From positions 1-64,000 of IMG/VR virus record IMGVR_UViG_3300008954_000029: DNA of 64,000 nucleotides; one strand, given 5' to 3'. The stretch is from a virus. Of the stretch, positions 1 to 7,708 are shown one piece after another (positions within the stretch are counted from its first letter, which is position 1; each line of letters opens with the position of its first letter). The notes beneath the pieces are model-generated. The model had not been told where the DNA came from and made no database searches. It saw only the letters and a list, made by a program, of their open reading frames with translations. A program made the translations under genes and the position numbers.

Positions 1-138
1 GCGGGGCCTCGTCCGGCGTGGCCCGGGCCAATCACAACAATCTTTGTTCTCACACAAGTAAGAGCGCAACACAATCGCAGTCTCCCACAAGGGGCCATTG
101 TAGTTCTTGAAGCGAAGCAGGGAACCTATTGAAATCAT
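1..138 (-). CDS. small SH3/KOW-like family protein, runs off window edge
   Basis: Manual translation MISIGSLLRFKNYNG...; ATG overlaps the stop of 138..359. Confidence 0.55.
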   Translation of the reverse strand, partial: MISIGSLLRFKNYNGPLWETAIVLRSYLCENKDCCDWPGPRRTRPR

Positions 139-359
139 TATGCAATCGCCTCAAACGTAGCGGGATGGTCAAGGTGACGGTGGACAGTCTGCCCATCAAC
201 GGTTAGGACGACATCAACCCAAACATCACGCACACCGGCCCGGTTCTTCTGTGCGGACTCGCGGACGGCGACAACGACGCCCGTGTGACCGGGCGCAACG
301 TGATTGCCGCAGGGCCGCGGGATGGCGTAGCGGTTGCGAACGAGGGTACCGACTTTCAT
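138..359 (-). CDS. small MKVGDLV-family (SH3/KOW-like) protein
   Basis: MKVGTLVR...GVVVAV; SD-like GAGGAAGG and sigma-70 promoter upstream. Confidence 0.7.
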   Translation of the reverse strand: MKVGTLVRNRYAIPRPCGNHVAPGHTGVVVAVRESAQKNRAGVRDVWVDVVLTVDGQTVHRHLDHPATFEAIA

Positions 360-387
360 TGTTGCCCTTCCTCAACTTTCTATAACC

Positions 388-415
388 AGTATAACAGGTT
401 TGACGTAGAAGTCAA
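388..415 (-). promoter_or_regulatory. sigma-70-type early promoter (repeated element)
   Basis: TTGACT-N16-TATACT with extended -10 TG and upstream T-tract. Confidence 0.75.
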
Positions 416-449
416 GAAAAAAAAGAAACTATTTTCTAAACCCCGGACA

Positions 450-680
450 TCATTCAACTTTTTCCAAGTTCTTCATTTCGACGATGACCTCGCGGCCGTT
501 GACCAGCACCTTACAGCGCCATGCGCCGTTGAATGTATGGCGGTTGGGGTAAGGGTCTGAAACTACTAGGTAAATGTCGTCGCGATTCAGTCCCAGACGA
601 TGCCCCGCGCCTGGACGTGACGAGTCCCGGGTTGCAGCGAACGGGTTGATGTAGCGAGCCAGCGAGCCCTTTGTAATCAT
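450..680 (-). CDS. small SH3/KOW-like protein
   Basis: MITKGSLARY; overlaps neighbour by 4 nt. Confidence 0.65.
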   Translation of the reverse strand: MITKGSLARYINPFAATRDSSRPGAGHRLGLNRDDIYLVVSDPYPNRHTFNGAWRCKVLVNGREVIVEMKNLEKVE

Positions 681-877
681 TGGGAAATTACCTCAACGTG
701 ACGAACCAGGCGAGTGAAGATGCGGCCCGCGGCGTATAGGCGCACCACTGGTGTTCCGTCGCGCAGGCCGACATAAGAATCTTCAACAGCAACAGCGGTC
801 GCCCAAGTCTCGCGGGCGAATTCAGGCAGACTGCGAACCAGTGCGCCCTTCTTGATTGCGACCGGGCCGGCTACCAT
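677..877 (-). CDS. small SH3/KOW-like protein
   Basis: IKKGALVR...EVISQ; coupled to neighbours. Confidence 0.65.
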   Translation of the reverse strand: MVAGPVAIKKGALVRSLPEFARETWATAVAVEDSYVGLRDGTPVVRLYAAGRIFTRLVRHVEVISQ

Positions 878-1026
878 CGTGAAACGTAGCCATCGGCAAC
901 CCGCGCGGGGTCAACAACTTCGGCCAGCGTGGCGAAGAAGGCCGCGGTTCGGTCGCAATCGTGGCGTGCGAAATGGCAGCCGGCATCGTCAAAGAAATCA
1001 CCCACGCACTTTCTCATCGCGTTCAT
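871..1026 (-). CDS. 51-aa hypothetical protein (not in ORF track)
   Basis: MNAMRKCVGDFF...VSRW*, SD GAGGAG, promoter upstream. Confidence 0.55.
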   Translation of the reverse strand: MNAMRKCVGDFFDDAGCHFARHDCDRTAAFFATLAEVVDPARVADGYVSRW

Positions 1027-1049
1027 CGCTCTCCTCATTTCCTACAACC

Positions 1050-1077
1050 AGTATAACAGGTTGGCTGTGAAAGTCAA
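1050..1077 (-). promoter_or_regulatory. sigma-70-type early promoter, near-copy of 388-415
   Basis: TTGACT-N16-TATACT; flanks shared with the 388 copy. Confidence 0.75.
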
Positions 1078-1096
1078 GAAAAAAATAAACTATTTT

Positions 1097-1294
1097 CTAA
1101 CCCTCTGAAATTACAGCGAAAACGTAGGCTGCGATGGCTTGGCGTCCGGTGGGGAGCAGGACTTCCACCATTTCGACGCCGGCTTCGATGTAACTATCTG
1201 ATAATGCTACGAAAAACTCGCCCCCGGTTTCTTTGGATGACCAACCGGGTCCGTGAACCATCCCCGTATGAAGGAGCGAACCCCTTGTAATCAT
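1097..1294 (-). CDS. small SH3/KOW-like protein
   Basis: MITRGSLL...VISEG. Confidence 0.65.
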   Translation of the reverse strand: MITRGSLLHTGMVHGPGWSSKETGGEFFVALSDSYIEAGVEMVEVLLPTGRQAIAAYVFAVISEG

Positions 1295-1578
1295 TGGGCT
1301 TTTACCCCTTCAATGTGGCGGCACTTGCGACGCCAGCCATAACCAGGGCAAGAGCAAGAATACGAATCATTACGGTAGGTTACGGTGTAATGCTTGTCGC
1401 CCTTACTGGATACCACTTGCCAAACATTCTTTTTTGGCTCTGGTTTAGGCTTGGGAACAAACTTCTTTACAGGGTAAAGTTCTTTTGCTTCGTCAAGCGT
1501 GATGCCTTCCCACGCCTCATGTAGCGCACCGTTGGCAACGTAGGTCTTACCAGCGAGCCGGATGATACTAGGATTCAT
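1291..1578 (-). CDS. SWIM-type zinc finger protein
   Basis: C-terminal CSCPGYGWRRKCRH (CxC..CxH); start reassigned to MNPSII. Confidence 0.7.
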   Translation of the reverse strand: MNPSIIRLAGKTYVANGALHEAWEGITLDEAKELYPVKKFVPKPKPEPKKNVWQVVSSKGDKHYTVTYRNDSYSCSCPGYGWRRKCRHIEGVKAQ

Positions 1579-1744
1579 GTTCGATTTTCTCAATAAATTC
1601 GGGGAGTTCCACGGTGAAGCGACTATGTATTCGACCACACCACTGAACGTCAAAGCCTTCGCCATTGGTGGCGATAACCAAGCCGACAAAACCTTCGTAC
1701 CCCTTGAAAGTATCTTTGTATTTTACCAAGTCACCGACTTTCAT
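1568..1744 (-). CDS. 58-aa MKVGDLV-family protein (not in ORF track)
   Basis: MKVGDLVKYKDTFKGYEGFVGLVIAT...HES*. Confidence 0.7.
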   Translation of the reverse strand: MKVGDLVKYKDTFKGYEGFVGLVIATNGEGFDVQWCGRIHSRFTVELPEFIEKIEHES

Positions 1745-1953
1745 CCGCTGATGACCTCCAAGTCCGCGCCGAGTCGCCTCACTTCGCGCAATCCTTGCCG
1801 GGCCCCGATAATGCTAACGCTGTAAATTCCGAAAGTTTCTTCCGAGTGAAGAACTTTTGTAATCAGACCGATGGAGCCGGCCGGCGCGCCGATGCTAGCG
1901 CGCTTGATTCTCACCAACTGGCCCGCCTTCACGGTTGGACCTTCTTGCGACAC
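1741..1953 (-). CDS. small SH3/KOW-like protein (true start probably GTG near 1932)
   Basis: VKAGQLVRIK...IGLITKV...LEVISG. Confidence 0.65.
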   Translation of the reverse strand: MSQEGPTVKAGQLVRIKRASIGAPAGSIGLITKVLHSEETFGIYSVSIIGARQGLREVRRLGADLEVISG

Positions 1954-2066
1954 GCGCGCTTGTTGGCACGCTTCTTGCGGTTGGGATGCTTCCCCGCCTT
2001 GGCGGCTCGGAGGAGCATCGCCAGGGCTACGGGGTCACGCTTCTTGTCTCGTCGCTTGCGCTTCAT
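1929..2066 (-). CDS. 45-aa highly basic peptide (not in ORF track)
   Basis: MKRKRRDKKRDPVALAMLLRAAKAGKHPNRKKRANKRACRKKVQP*, SD GAGGGA, promoter upstream. Confidence 0.65.
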   Translation of the reverse strand: MKRKRRDKKRDPVALAMLLRAAKAGKHPNRKKRANKRACRKKVQP

Positions 2067-2148
2067 CGTTTCCCTCACTCTCTACAACCATAATAGCAAA
2101 GGTTTGGGGTCAGGTCAAGGAAAAAATGAAGGTTTGAGGATTTATTTT

Positions 2149-2361
2149 CTAACTCGTTGAAATTACTTGCAAGTTGTCTACCTTACAGGTGACGAGTTGA
2201 TGGGGGTTGTCGGCAAAGCGCACCTCGGCCCAGAAGGGGGCACCCTCCAGCTTCGGCCCGGGGTGAATCGGTCGTAAGCCGACGACCATCGCGGTCCTCT
2301 CCCCCTTGTCAAAGGCGTTGCGGTGGTATTGTACCAAGTCGCCCACTTGAACTTGCATCAC
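2149..2361 (-). CDS. small SH3/KOW-like protein
   Basis: VQVGDLVQY...LQVIS. Confidence 0.7.
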   Translation of the reverse strand: MMQVQVGDLVQYHRNAFDKGERTAMVVGLRPIHPGPKLEGAPFWAEVRFADNPHQLVTCKVDNLQVISTS

Positions 2362-2939
2362 GCAGCCGCCTGCTTCGCCTTCTCAATCTCAACGAGACGC
2401 GTGAACCCGGCCTGCTTCACCTTCTCCATTTCGCTCGTAGAGGCTCGGAGAGCCATTTCAAGCGGCGCGTTGGGGTGGCTCACGCACTCAAGGAGGGTGC
2501 GCTCTGCGCCGTATCCAGCGCGCCCGGTGGCGATTGTGGAGAGGGTCGTATCGTAGATGTCCTGCAACACCTTCGTCGGCGTGTTCGGGACGTCACCGCA
2601 GCCGCTCCAATAGGAGCCCCGGGTAAACCACGACATGCACCACCAGGCGATGCCTCGGCGGCGCGCTGTGTAATAGACATCCGCAATCTTATCGGGCGCA
2701 TCGTTGAGGTGGCCGGCGACCATCAAATTGACCTTGACGCTATTCGCCTTCCCGGCTAGAAGAATGTCGCGGGCCTTGGCGCAAAGGTTCGGATTGAGCG
2801 CGAGATACTTGCGACAAAGTAGGTATCGGTCTTGCGCGAGGCGAATTTGCGTCGCCTTGTCCGTGAATCGCAACTTGGCGACGGAGTTCTTCTCCGCGTT
2901 GGTCATTTCGTGAATGTGGTTGGCGAGTTCAACAGCCAT
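2358..2939 (-). CDS. hypothetical helical-repeat (LRV-like) protein
   Basis: LALNPNL / PNTP / HPNAP repeats; SD and promoter upstream. Confidence 0.6.
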   Translation of the reverse strand: MAVELANHIHEMTNAEKNSVAKLRFTDKATQIRLAQDRYLLCRKYLALNPNLCAKARDILLAGKANSVKVNLMVAGHLNDAPDKIADVYYTARRRGIAWWCMSWFTRGSYWSGCGDVPNTPTKVLQDIYDTTLSTIATGRAGYGAERTLLECVSHPNAPLEMALRASTSEMEKVKQAGFTRLVEIEKAKQAAA

Positions 2940-2995
2940 TTGTTTGTTCCTTTTTCAACCTTGTATACCCATCATAGCAGAGGCGAGAGGGGTTG

Positions 2996-3172
2996 TCAAG
3001 AGTTTTTTTGTATTACTTCAAGATATTTTGTGGCGATGTAGGTTTGGGGGCTACCATCGGCCCATAGCACATCGGCTGTGGACGTGTGGGGGGTGCGGCG
3101 TATGCTGGCCACAAGCCCCACCATCCCCGCGATAGGGCCGCTCGTCGCCTTCACCAAATCTCCGACTTTCAT
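2996..3172 (-). CDS. 58-aa MKVGDLV-family protein, leaderless (not in ORF track)
   Basis: MKVGDLVKATSGPIAGMVGLV...LEVIQKNS*; ATG 6 nt after TATGAT. Confidence 0.7.
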   Translation of the reverse strand: MKVGDLVKATSGPIAGMVGLVASIRRTPHTSTADVLWADGSPQTYIATKYLEVIQKNS

Positions 3173-3245
3173 ACGCCCATCATAGCAGAGGTGCAGTGGA
3201 AAGTCAAGAAGAAAGCGGCCGCGGCCAAAAGAAAAATGCGAACCC

Positions 3246-3434
3246 TCATCGGTTGCTGATTTCTTCTAGGTGCTGGGCGTCATAGCGCACCGGACTCGCG
3301 GGGCCGTGCTTCGCGAGCGTCACGACGCAGACGGGACCCCCGGGTTTATCCTCCACAGCCACAACAAGGCCGATGGAGTCCCTGGGGACGTCCCAGAACG
3401 GGAGCTTGGTTCGCACTAGGCTACCCGGGCGCAC
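3246..3434 (-). CDS. small SH3/KOW-like protein
   Basis: MRPGSLVR...IGLVVAV. Confidence 0.65.
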   Translation of the reverse strand: MRPGSLVRTKLPFWDVPRDSIGLVVAVEDKPGGPVCVVTLAKHGPASPVRYDAQHLEEISNR

Positions 3435-3814
3435 TAGAATTCAATGCTCCGCGAGACGTAAATGTCCCAGAACCCGCTACCGTGCTGCTCGATGTCCTCG
3501 GTTTCGTCTCCGATGCGAACAAACTTGTAGCAATCGTAAATGTCCGGGTCGCCTTCAAGGGGCTCGTCGGGCAAGAACTGCTCGGGGTTATCAACGAACG
3601 CCTGGATGGCGTCAATCTCGGGATAGCCATCGCCGTACCACTTGATACCGCTCCAACGCACAAGGATATTCCCGTCGCCCTGGTAGTCCTTCACCATGTC
3701 ATCGTGCTCCTTGAACACGAAGGATGCGGCCGACGGGCAGCGGGACAGCGCGGTCATAAAGGCAGGCATCGCCTCCTTACCAATTGCGAGAACGACGTCA
3801 GAACGATAACCCAT
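3434..3814 (-). CDS. phage hypothetical protein (MGYRSDV type)
   Basis: MGYRSDV...IKWY...FVRIGDE..D.E..G; SD AGGA; promoter at about 3853-3881. Confidence 0.7.
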   Translation of the reverse strand: MGYRSDVVLAIGKEAMPAFMTALSRCPSAASFVFKEHDDMVKDYQGDGNILVRWSGIKWYGDGYPEIDAIQAFVDNPEQFLPDEPLEGDPDIYDCYKFVRIGDETEDIEQHGSGFWDIYVSRSIEF

Positions 3815-3904
3815 TTTGTTTTCCTTTCGTTTCTTCCCTAACTTCTAAAACCAGTATAGCAAGGTTGAACCCCCCGGTCAAGAAAAAAATGAAGTTTTAG
3901 GAAT

Positions 3905-4102
3905 TTATTTTGTAAGTGGTTGTTTTTGTTTAGGTTCTTCTGGGCAGATGATTCGGGTCCAGCCATCGGCATCCAGCCGATTATAGCAGCTGTGCTCCAC
4001 CTGATAGGCGCTCACGATGCGCGCATCAACCCGATGATAACCCGATGGGACGTAGCACCCCGTCAGCATCAGCGACAGTGTTAGCAAGCAAAGACGCATC
4101 AC
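3905..4102 (-). CDS. small putative lipoprotein
   Basis: Hydrophobic N-terminus with LTGC lipobox. Confidence 0.55.
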   Translation of the reverse strand: MMRLCLLTLSLMLTGCYVPSGYHRVDARIVSAYQVEHSCYNRLDADGWTRIICPEEPKQKQPLTK

Positions 4103-4449
4103 CTCTTCTTACTTCGCGAAATAAACTTCAAGTGGCCCCGCCGATGTTGAGTAGGCGATAGGGGCTTGGGGTTTGCCTGCCAAGAAACGTGGTAATGGGT
4201 GTTAGTGGGCGTCTCATAACGGTTCGTCTGATAGTTCCAGCGAGTCCGACCAGACCGCTCCGATATCCTCGTGATTAGGCCGACGATTGTATTCTTCCCC
4301 TCCCAATAAGCCTTGAACCTTTCCGCATCATCACCGCGAAGATGCCAATGACTGCTTTCGGGACCCCTAAAAAACCGCTTATGGCGCATTTCAACGTCCT
4401 GAATCTTTCGGGCCGCGGCCGACAGTGTAACCAAGTCACCAACTTTCAT
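4099..4449 (-). CDS. MKVGDLV-family protein with insertion
   Basis: MKVGDLVTLS...VGLITRI. Confidence 0.7.
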   Translation of the reverse strand: MKVGDLVTLSAAARKIQDVEMRHKRFFRGPESSHWHLRGDDAERFKAYWEGKNTIVGLITRISERSGRTRWNYQTNRYETPTNTHYHVSWQANPKPLSPTQHRRGHLKFISRSKKR

Positions 4450-4697
4450 TTATTTACTGGTTCCGCTGTCTGTGTGTTATTATCGATAGCCCGGAGCCAG
4501 CAAGCAAGCACGACACCTTCCCTTCCAGCATCGTCCCCTGTCTGCCAAAGCACCCGCGCCATTGGCGTGTAGTATTTTTCGTGGCTATGATTGCACGGTT
4601 CATACCCACAGCACGCAGTTGGCGGGTCAAGCGATATGACAACGCCCACAGAATCGTGCCCCGTATGCCGGGCTAAATCGCCTCTTTCCAGCTTCAC
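4446..4697 (-). CDS. SH3/KOW-like protein, leaderless GTG start
   Basis: KLERGDLAR...VGVVI; GTG 6 nt after TATTCT. Confidence 0.6.
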   Translation of the reverse strand: MKLERGDLARHTGHDSVGVVISLDPPTACCGYEPCNHSHEKYYTPMARVLWQTGDDAGREGVVLACWLRAIDNNTQTAEPVNK

Positions 4698-4728
4698 ATT
4701 CATAGAATAGCAAATTATTTTTTGTTTG

Positions 4729-4920
4729 TCAAGAACTTTTTTCAGGCGCAAGCAGGCGAAGGTCGCTAGCATAGAAAATGGCCTTGTGGCCTGTTCTTTG
4801 CGAAATGACCGCATACGATGGCGGTTCGTCCATCGCTCCTGCCCAACATTTGACGACAATTCCGCGGACGACGCCGCGTCCCGAGACGCCAACCAACTCC
4901 ACAAGGGACCCAATCGTCAA
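4729..4920 (-). CDS. small SH3/KOW-like protein
   Basis: MTIGSLVE; paralog of 4917..5129 (TG.KAIFYA). Confidence 0.7.
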   Translation of the reverse strand: MTIGSLVELVGVSGRGVVRGIVVKCWAGAMDEPPSYAVISQRTGHKAIFYASDLRLLAPEKSS

Positions 4921-5129
4921 GAGGTCCCCTCCTGTTCAACAAGCCGGATTTCGTTTGCGTAAAAAATGGCCTTCTCCCCCGTCGTTTGGAGGGCCACCGT
5001 GTAGGAGCGTGTGTCATACACGGTGGGGGTCCAACTCTCAATAATAACCCCACGCACGCCACGAACACCCGCGCAGTCGTGGGTCGTCTCAACGAGGCTC
5101 CCGATGGGGTAGCCATTACGATCATTCAT
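4917..5129 (-). CDS. small SH3/KOW-like protein, leaderless
   Basis: PIGSLVE...TGEKAIFYA; ATG 6 nt after TATACT. Confidence 0.7.
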   Translation of the reverse strand: MNDRNGYPIGSLVETTHDCAGVRGVRGVIIESWTPTVYDTRSYTVALQTTGEKAIFYANEIRLVEQEGTS

Positions 5130-5141
5130 ACAAGCAGTATA

Positions 5142-5447
5142 TCAGGGGGTGGTAACTTTGTCAAGAACTTTTTGGCACGTCACGACGAAATTGTTGTCGC
5201 CGTCAAAGACGATGGGGATGGCCTGGCCCTCGGTAAAGACGCACCCGGTCCCCTCCGTGTCCGCGTGAATGATGCTCACGCCGCCCGTGTGAGGGTTGGG
5301 GACTTCAACGGCGATAAGGCTCTCGTCAACGACGTCCACGATGCCAAAGAGGGCACCGGCTAGGATGAGCGTGGTGAGGTTCATCGGCGCGTGATCCTTG
5401 CGATTGCGGGGGCAAGACCGATGCCCGTTGCGTACACACCGAGCCAC
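5142..5447 (-). CDS. small secreted/membrane protein (probable start MNLTT)
   Basis: Hydrophobic MNLTTLILAGALFG segment. Confidence 0.5.
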   Translation of the reverse strand: MARCVRNGHRSCPRNRKDHAPMNLTTLILAGALFGIVDVVDESLIAVEVPNPHTGGVSIIHADTEGTGCVFTEGQAIPIVFDGDNNFVVTCQKVLDKVTTP

Positions 5448-5640
5448 ATAGCCAGAGGTAGATATTCCATTTCGATTGATTCCTTTTGTGAAAGCGAACG
5501 ACCATAATACCCCAAACGACCCCCTTTGTAAAGAGTTTTTTTCGTTAGCGATTACGGGGATTTACGGGCCGTCGCAATTCAAGTATATAGAATTATTGGA
5601 AAAATTTGCCGCAAAAAAGTGCGCCGATGAGAAAAAAATC

Positions 5641-5656
5641 TGGCACGCTTTTTGCT
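5641..5656 (+). promoter_or_regulatory. sigma-54 (-24/-12) promoter consensus
   Basis: TGGCACG-CTTT-TTGCT in the intergenic divergence region. Confidence 0.5.
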
Positions 5657-5712
5657 ACGTGCGCGCGTCATCCTACGTACACGTATTCGCCTGCGGAGGT
5701 GAAAAAAAACTC

Positions 5713-5832
5713 TTGACATCCTCTCCCGGGGGTGGTATAGTGGTGGTACGAAAATCAAGGATTACCCCGCAACATAAAAATCTCCGGGTCAAGAAGATTT
5801 CTCTTGACAACGGCGCAAACCTTTGATACGAT
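5713..5832 (+). promoter_or_regulatory. two tandem sigma-70 promoters for the rightward early cluster
   Basis: TTGACA..TATAGT (5713-5741) and TTGACA..TACGAT (5804-5832). Confidence 0.7.
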
Positions 5833-5861
5833 GGTAAAAGAACATCGGGGAAAGCAAAGCA

Positions 5862-6161
5862 ATGAATTTCTACAAACAGGTCGTCTGTGCTGACGGCTTC
5901 ACGATGAGCGTTCAAGCGGGCGGGGGCCACTATTGTAGGCCGCGCATTGACGATGCTGAACGCTACGAGGCCGTGGAGGTTGGATACCCCAACGAGGAAG
6001 AACCCCTCCTGATGCCTTACGTAGAAAGCGCGGAGCGGCCCTGCGATACTGTCTACCCCTACGTCCCTTCGGACAAGGTTTCTTTGGTCATCGCAAAGCA
6101 CGGCGGTATCGTTAGTGGCGAACTTCCGCCAGGGATTCCTTATCTTCGGGCGACGTCGTGA
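5862..6161 (+). CDS. phage hypothetical protein (paralog 1)
   Basis: VVCADGFTMSVQA...HYC.P...VIAKHGG. Confidence 0.75.
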   Translation: MNFYKQVVCADGFTMSVQAGGGHYCRPRIDDAERYEAVEVGYPNEEEPLLMPYVESAERPCDTVYPYVPSDKVSLVIAKHGGIVSGELPPGIPYLRATS

Positions 6162-6488
6162 AGGTCACGACAGATGACAATGAGCAAATCGTGTGTGCCG
6201 ACGGCTTTACCCTGAATGTCCAAGCATCGTCGCGTCATTACTGTGAGCCCCACGTTGACAACGCTACACGGTACCGAACGGTCGAAGTCAGGTGTCAAAA
6301 AAAAGAAGCATTACTGGCACCATACTGCGCATGCGGCAAAGGCGATATGGAATACCCCATACAGTGTCACACAGTCTATACCTTTGTTCCAGTGGACAGG
6401 GTTACTCTGGTCATCGCAAAACACGGTGGAATCGTTAGTGGCGAACTTCCGCCAGGGATTCCTTATCTTCGGGCGACGTCGTGAAGGT
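6108..6488 (+). repeat. 58-bp exact direct repeat (6108-6165 and 6431-6488)
   Basis: atcgttagtggcg...cgacgtcgtgaaggt occurs twice. Confidence 0.9.
6158..6484 (+). CDS. phage hypothetical protein (paralog 2)
   Basis: IVCADGFTLNVQA...; C-terminus identical to paralog 1. Confidence 0.75.
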   Translation: MKVTTDDNEQIVCADGFTLNVQASSRHYCEPHVDNATRYRTVEVRCQKKEALLAPYCACGKGDMEYPIQCHTVYTFVPVDRVTLVIAKHGGIVSGELPPGIPYLRATS

Positions 6489-6696
6489 AGGTGATTTAGT
6501 TTTGTGTACGTGGCAACCTACCATCAGAGAGGTCCTCCACGACGTTGCGGAGCCTCTCAAGCACCGAATCAAGGGGCGAATGGGCATCATTCTTGACCAC
6601 GAATTGCACCGCTACGCAATCGCCTTCCCCGCTCTTGGTGGGTATGTTCACTGGCTCTCGAAAAATGCCTTTGAGGTTATCAATGAAAGTCGGTGA
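6481..6696 (+). CDS. MKVGDLV-family protein
   Basis: MKVGDLVL...EVINESR. Confidence 0.75.
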   Translation: MKVGDLVLCTWQPTIREVLHDVAEPLKHRIKGRMGIILDHELHRYAIAFPALGGYVHWLSKNAFEVINESR

Positions 6697-6877
6697 TTTG
6701 ATTAGGTACGTCGGCGGCAACAGTCCGCGGAGAGGCGACCCCATCGAAGGTGATGGGGGGCCGACCGGACTCATAACAAAAATCGAAGGTGGCCACATTT
6801 GGTATTTTTGTTTCCGTCTTGGGCGAGAAACTTGGTCATCCACGTTGAATATGGAAGTCATCAGTGAAAGTCGGTGA
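6683..6877 (+). CDS. MKVGDLV-family protein
   Basis: MKVGDLIR...EVISESR (internal start of track ORF 6545). Confidence 0.75.
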   Translation: MKVGDLIRYVGGNSPRRGDPIEGDGGPTGLITKIEGGHIWYFCFRLGRETWSSTLNMEVISESR

Positions 6878-7079
6878 TTTGGTCATAGTTGACTACCTCT
6901 CGGGAGAAGAAAAGGCTCTCGTACTATCTGAACCACGACTGTCCGAAGATTGCTCCCACGATGAGGTGCTGCACGGCACGGCCTACGAGGTTGTAGAAGT
7001 GCTCTTGCCTTGGGGTCGTGATTTAGTTACTACCGACGAAGTGTTAGAGGTTATCAGTGAAAGTCGGGGACCTAGTTGA
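6864..7079 (+). CDS. MKVGDLV-family protein
   Basis: MKVGDLVI...EVISESR. Confidence 0.75.
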   Translation: MKVGDLVIVDYLSGEEKALVLSEPRLSEDCSHDEVLHGTAYEVVEVLLPWGRDLVTTDEVLEVISESRGPS

Positions 7080-7239
7080 AGGCAGGTTTACGGAAGAAAC
7101 ATCTTTGGGGATAGTGCTCAATTCCTGCGCCGACTATGTTTACGTAAAGTGGTTGGACATGGACCGAGAAATTAGATACTGCCGCAAAGGCCCAGTGATG
7201 ACAACAGGGTCGATGAGGGTTATCAGTGAAAGCAGGTGA
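7057..7239 (+). CDS. MKVGDLV-family protein
   Basis: MKVGDLVE...VISESR. Confidence 0.75.
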   Translation: MKVGDLVEGRFTEETSLGIVLNSCADYVYVKWLDMDREIRYCRKGPVMTTGSMRVISESR

Positions 7240-7408
7240 TTTGGCGAGGCTTCGTGGCCCGGGAGGTCGGCGGCCAATGCTCATACTACGAGAATTGATG
7301 ACGCAGGGGTATCCAGAATTTGAGTGTCTCCACAAAGGTCAAGTCGTAAGGTATTGGGCCGAAATGTTGGAGCCTGTAAATGAAAAAAAAATCCTTGACT
7401 TCTCCTGA
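7226..7408 (+). CDS. MKVGDLV-family protein
   Basis: MKAGDLAR. Confidence 0.7.
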   Translation: MKAGDLARLRGPGGRRPMLILRELMTQGYPEFECLHKGQVVRYWAEMLEPVNEKKILDFS

Positions 7409-7423
7409 ACTTTCTGGTATGAT
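7395..7423 (+). promoter_or_regulatory. sigma-70 promoter, leaderless transcript
   Basis: TTGACT-N17-TATGAT-N6-ATG. Confidence 0.75.
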
Positions 7424-7429
7424 TTAGAA

Positions 7430-7708
7430 ATGCTCGGTAGCAAAGAACGCACCGCCGAAGTCGGTGATTTGATTATTCAACACGTCGGTAACGGTGACGA
7501 GTCCCCGACCTATGGAGGCGCGCGAGTGAAAAGCTATACAGGCGTCGTTCATAAGATCACCCGAAACAAGTGGAACCACGAAACTGTGTTCGTCACTTGG
7601 TCGAACGGAAGGCCCCCTCGTTATTATGAGGAGCATGGCTATCCTTCAATGAACATTCACAACTTGCGTAAAGATTTTGACATTATCAAAGGAAAAAAGG
7701 ATGGCTAA
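7430..7708 (+). CDS. SH3/KOW-like protein
   Basis: EVGDLII...GVVHKI. Confidence 0.65.
   Translation: MLGSKERTAEVGDLIIQHVGNGDESPTYGGARVKSYTGVVHKITRNKWNHETVFVTWSNGRPPRYYEEHGYPSMNIHNLRKDFDIIKGKKDG

Larger units (their letters stand above)
6673..7243 (+). repeat. four ~28-bp gene-junction repeats
   Basis: GAGGTTATCARTGAAAGTCGGTGATTTG-like at about 6673, 6853, 7047 and 7216. Confidence 0.8.

Noticed and set aside
1964-1979. Second sigma-54 consensus TGGCACG-CTTC-TTGC
   Set aside because: It is antisense within the basic peptide gene and is explained by the RKKRAN codons.
5476-5826. 116-aa ORF across the divergence region
   Set aside because: It runs through promoters and A-tracts, has no motif or good SD, and is likely spurious.
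5862-6488. Diversity-generating retroelement TR/VR pair
   Set aside because: The shared segment is identical rather than adenine-mutated, and there is no reverse transcriptase in the window.
6673-7243. CRISPR array
   Set aside because: The repeats are degenerate, non-palindromic, spaced 170-195 bp apart and protein-coding. No cas genes are present.
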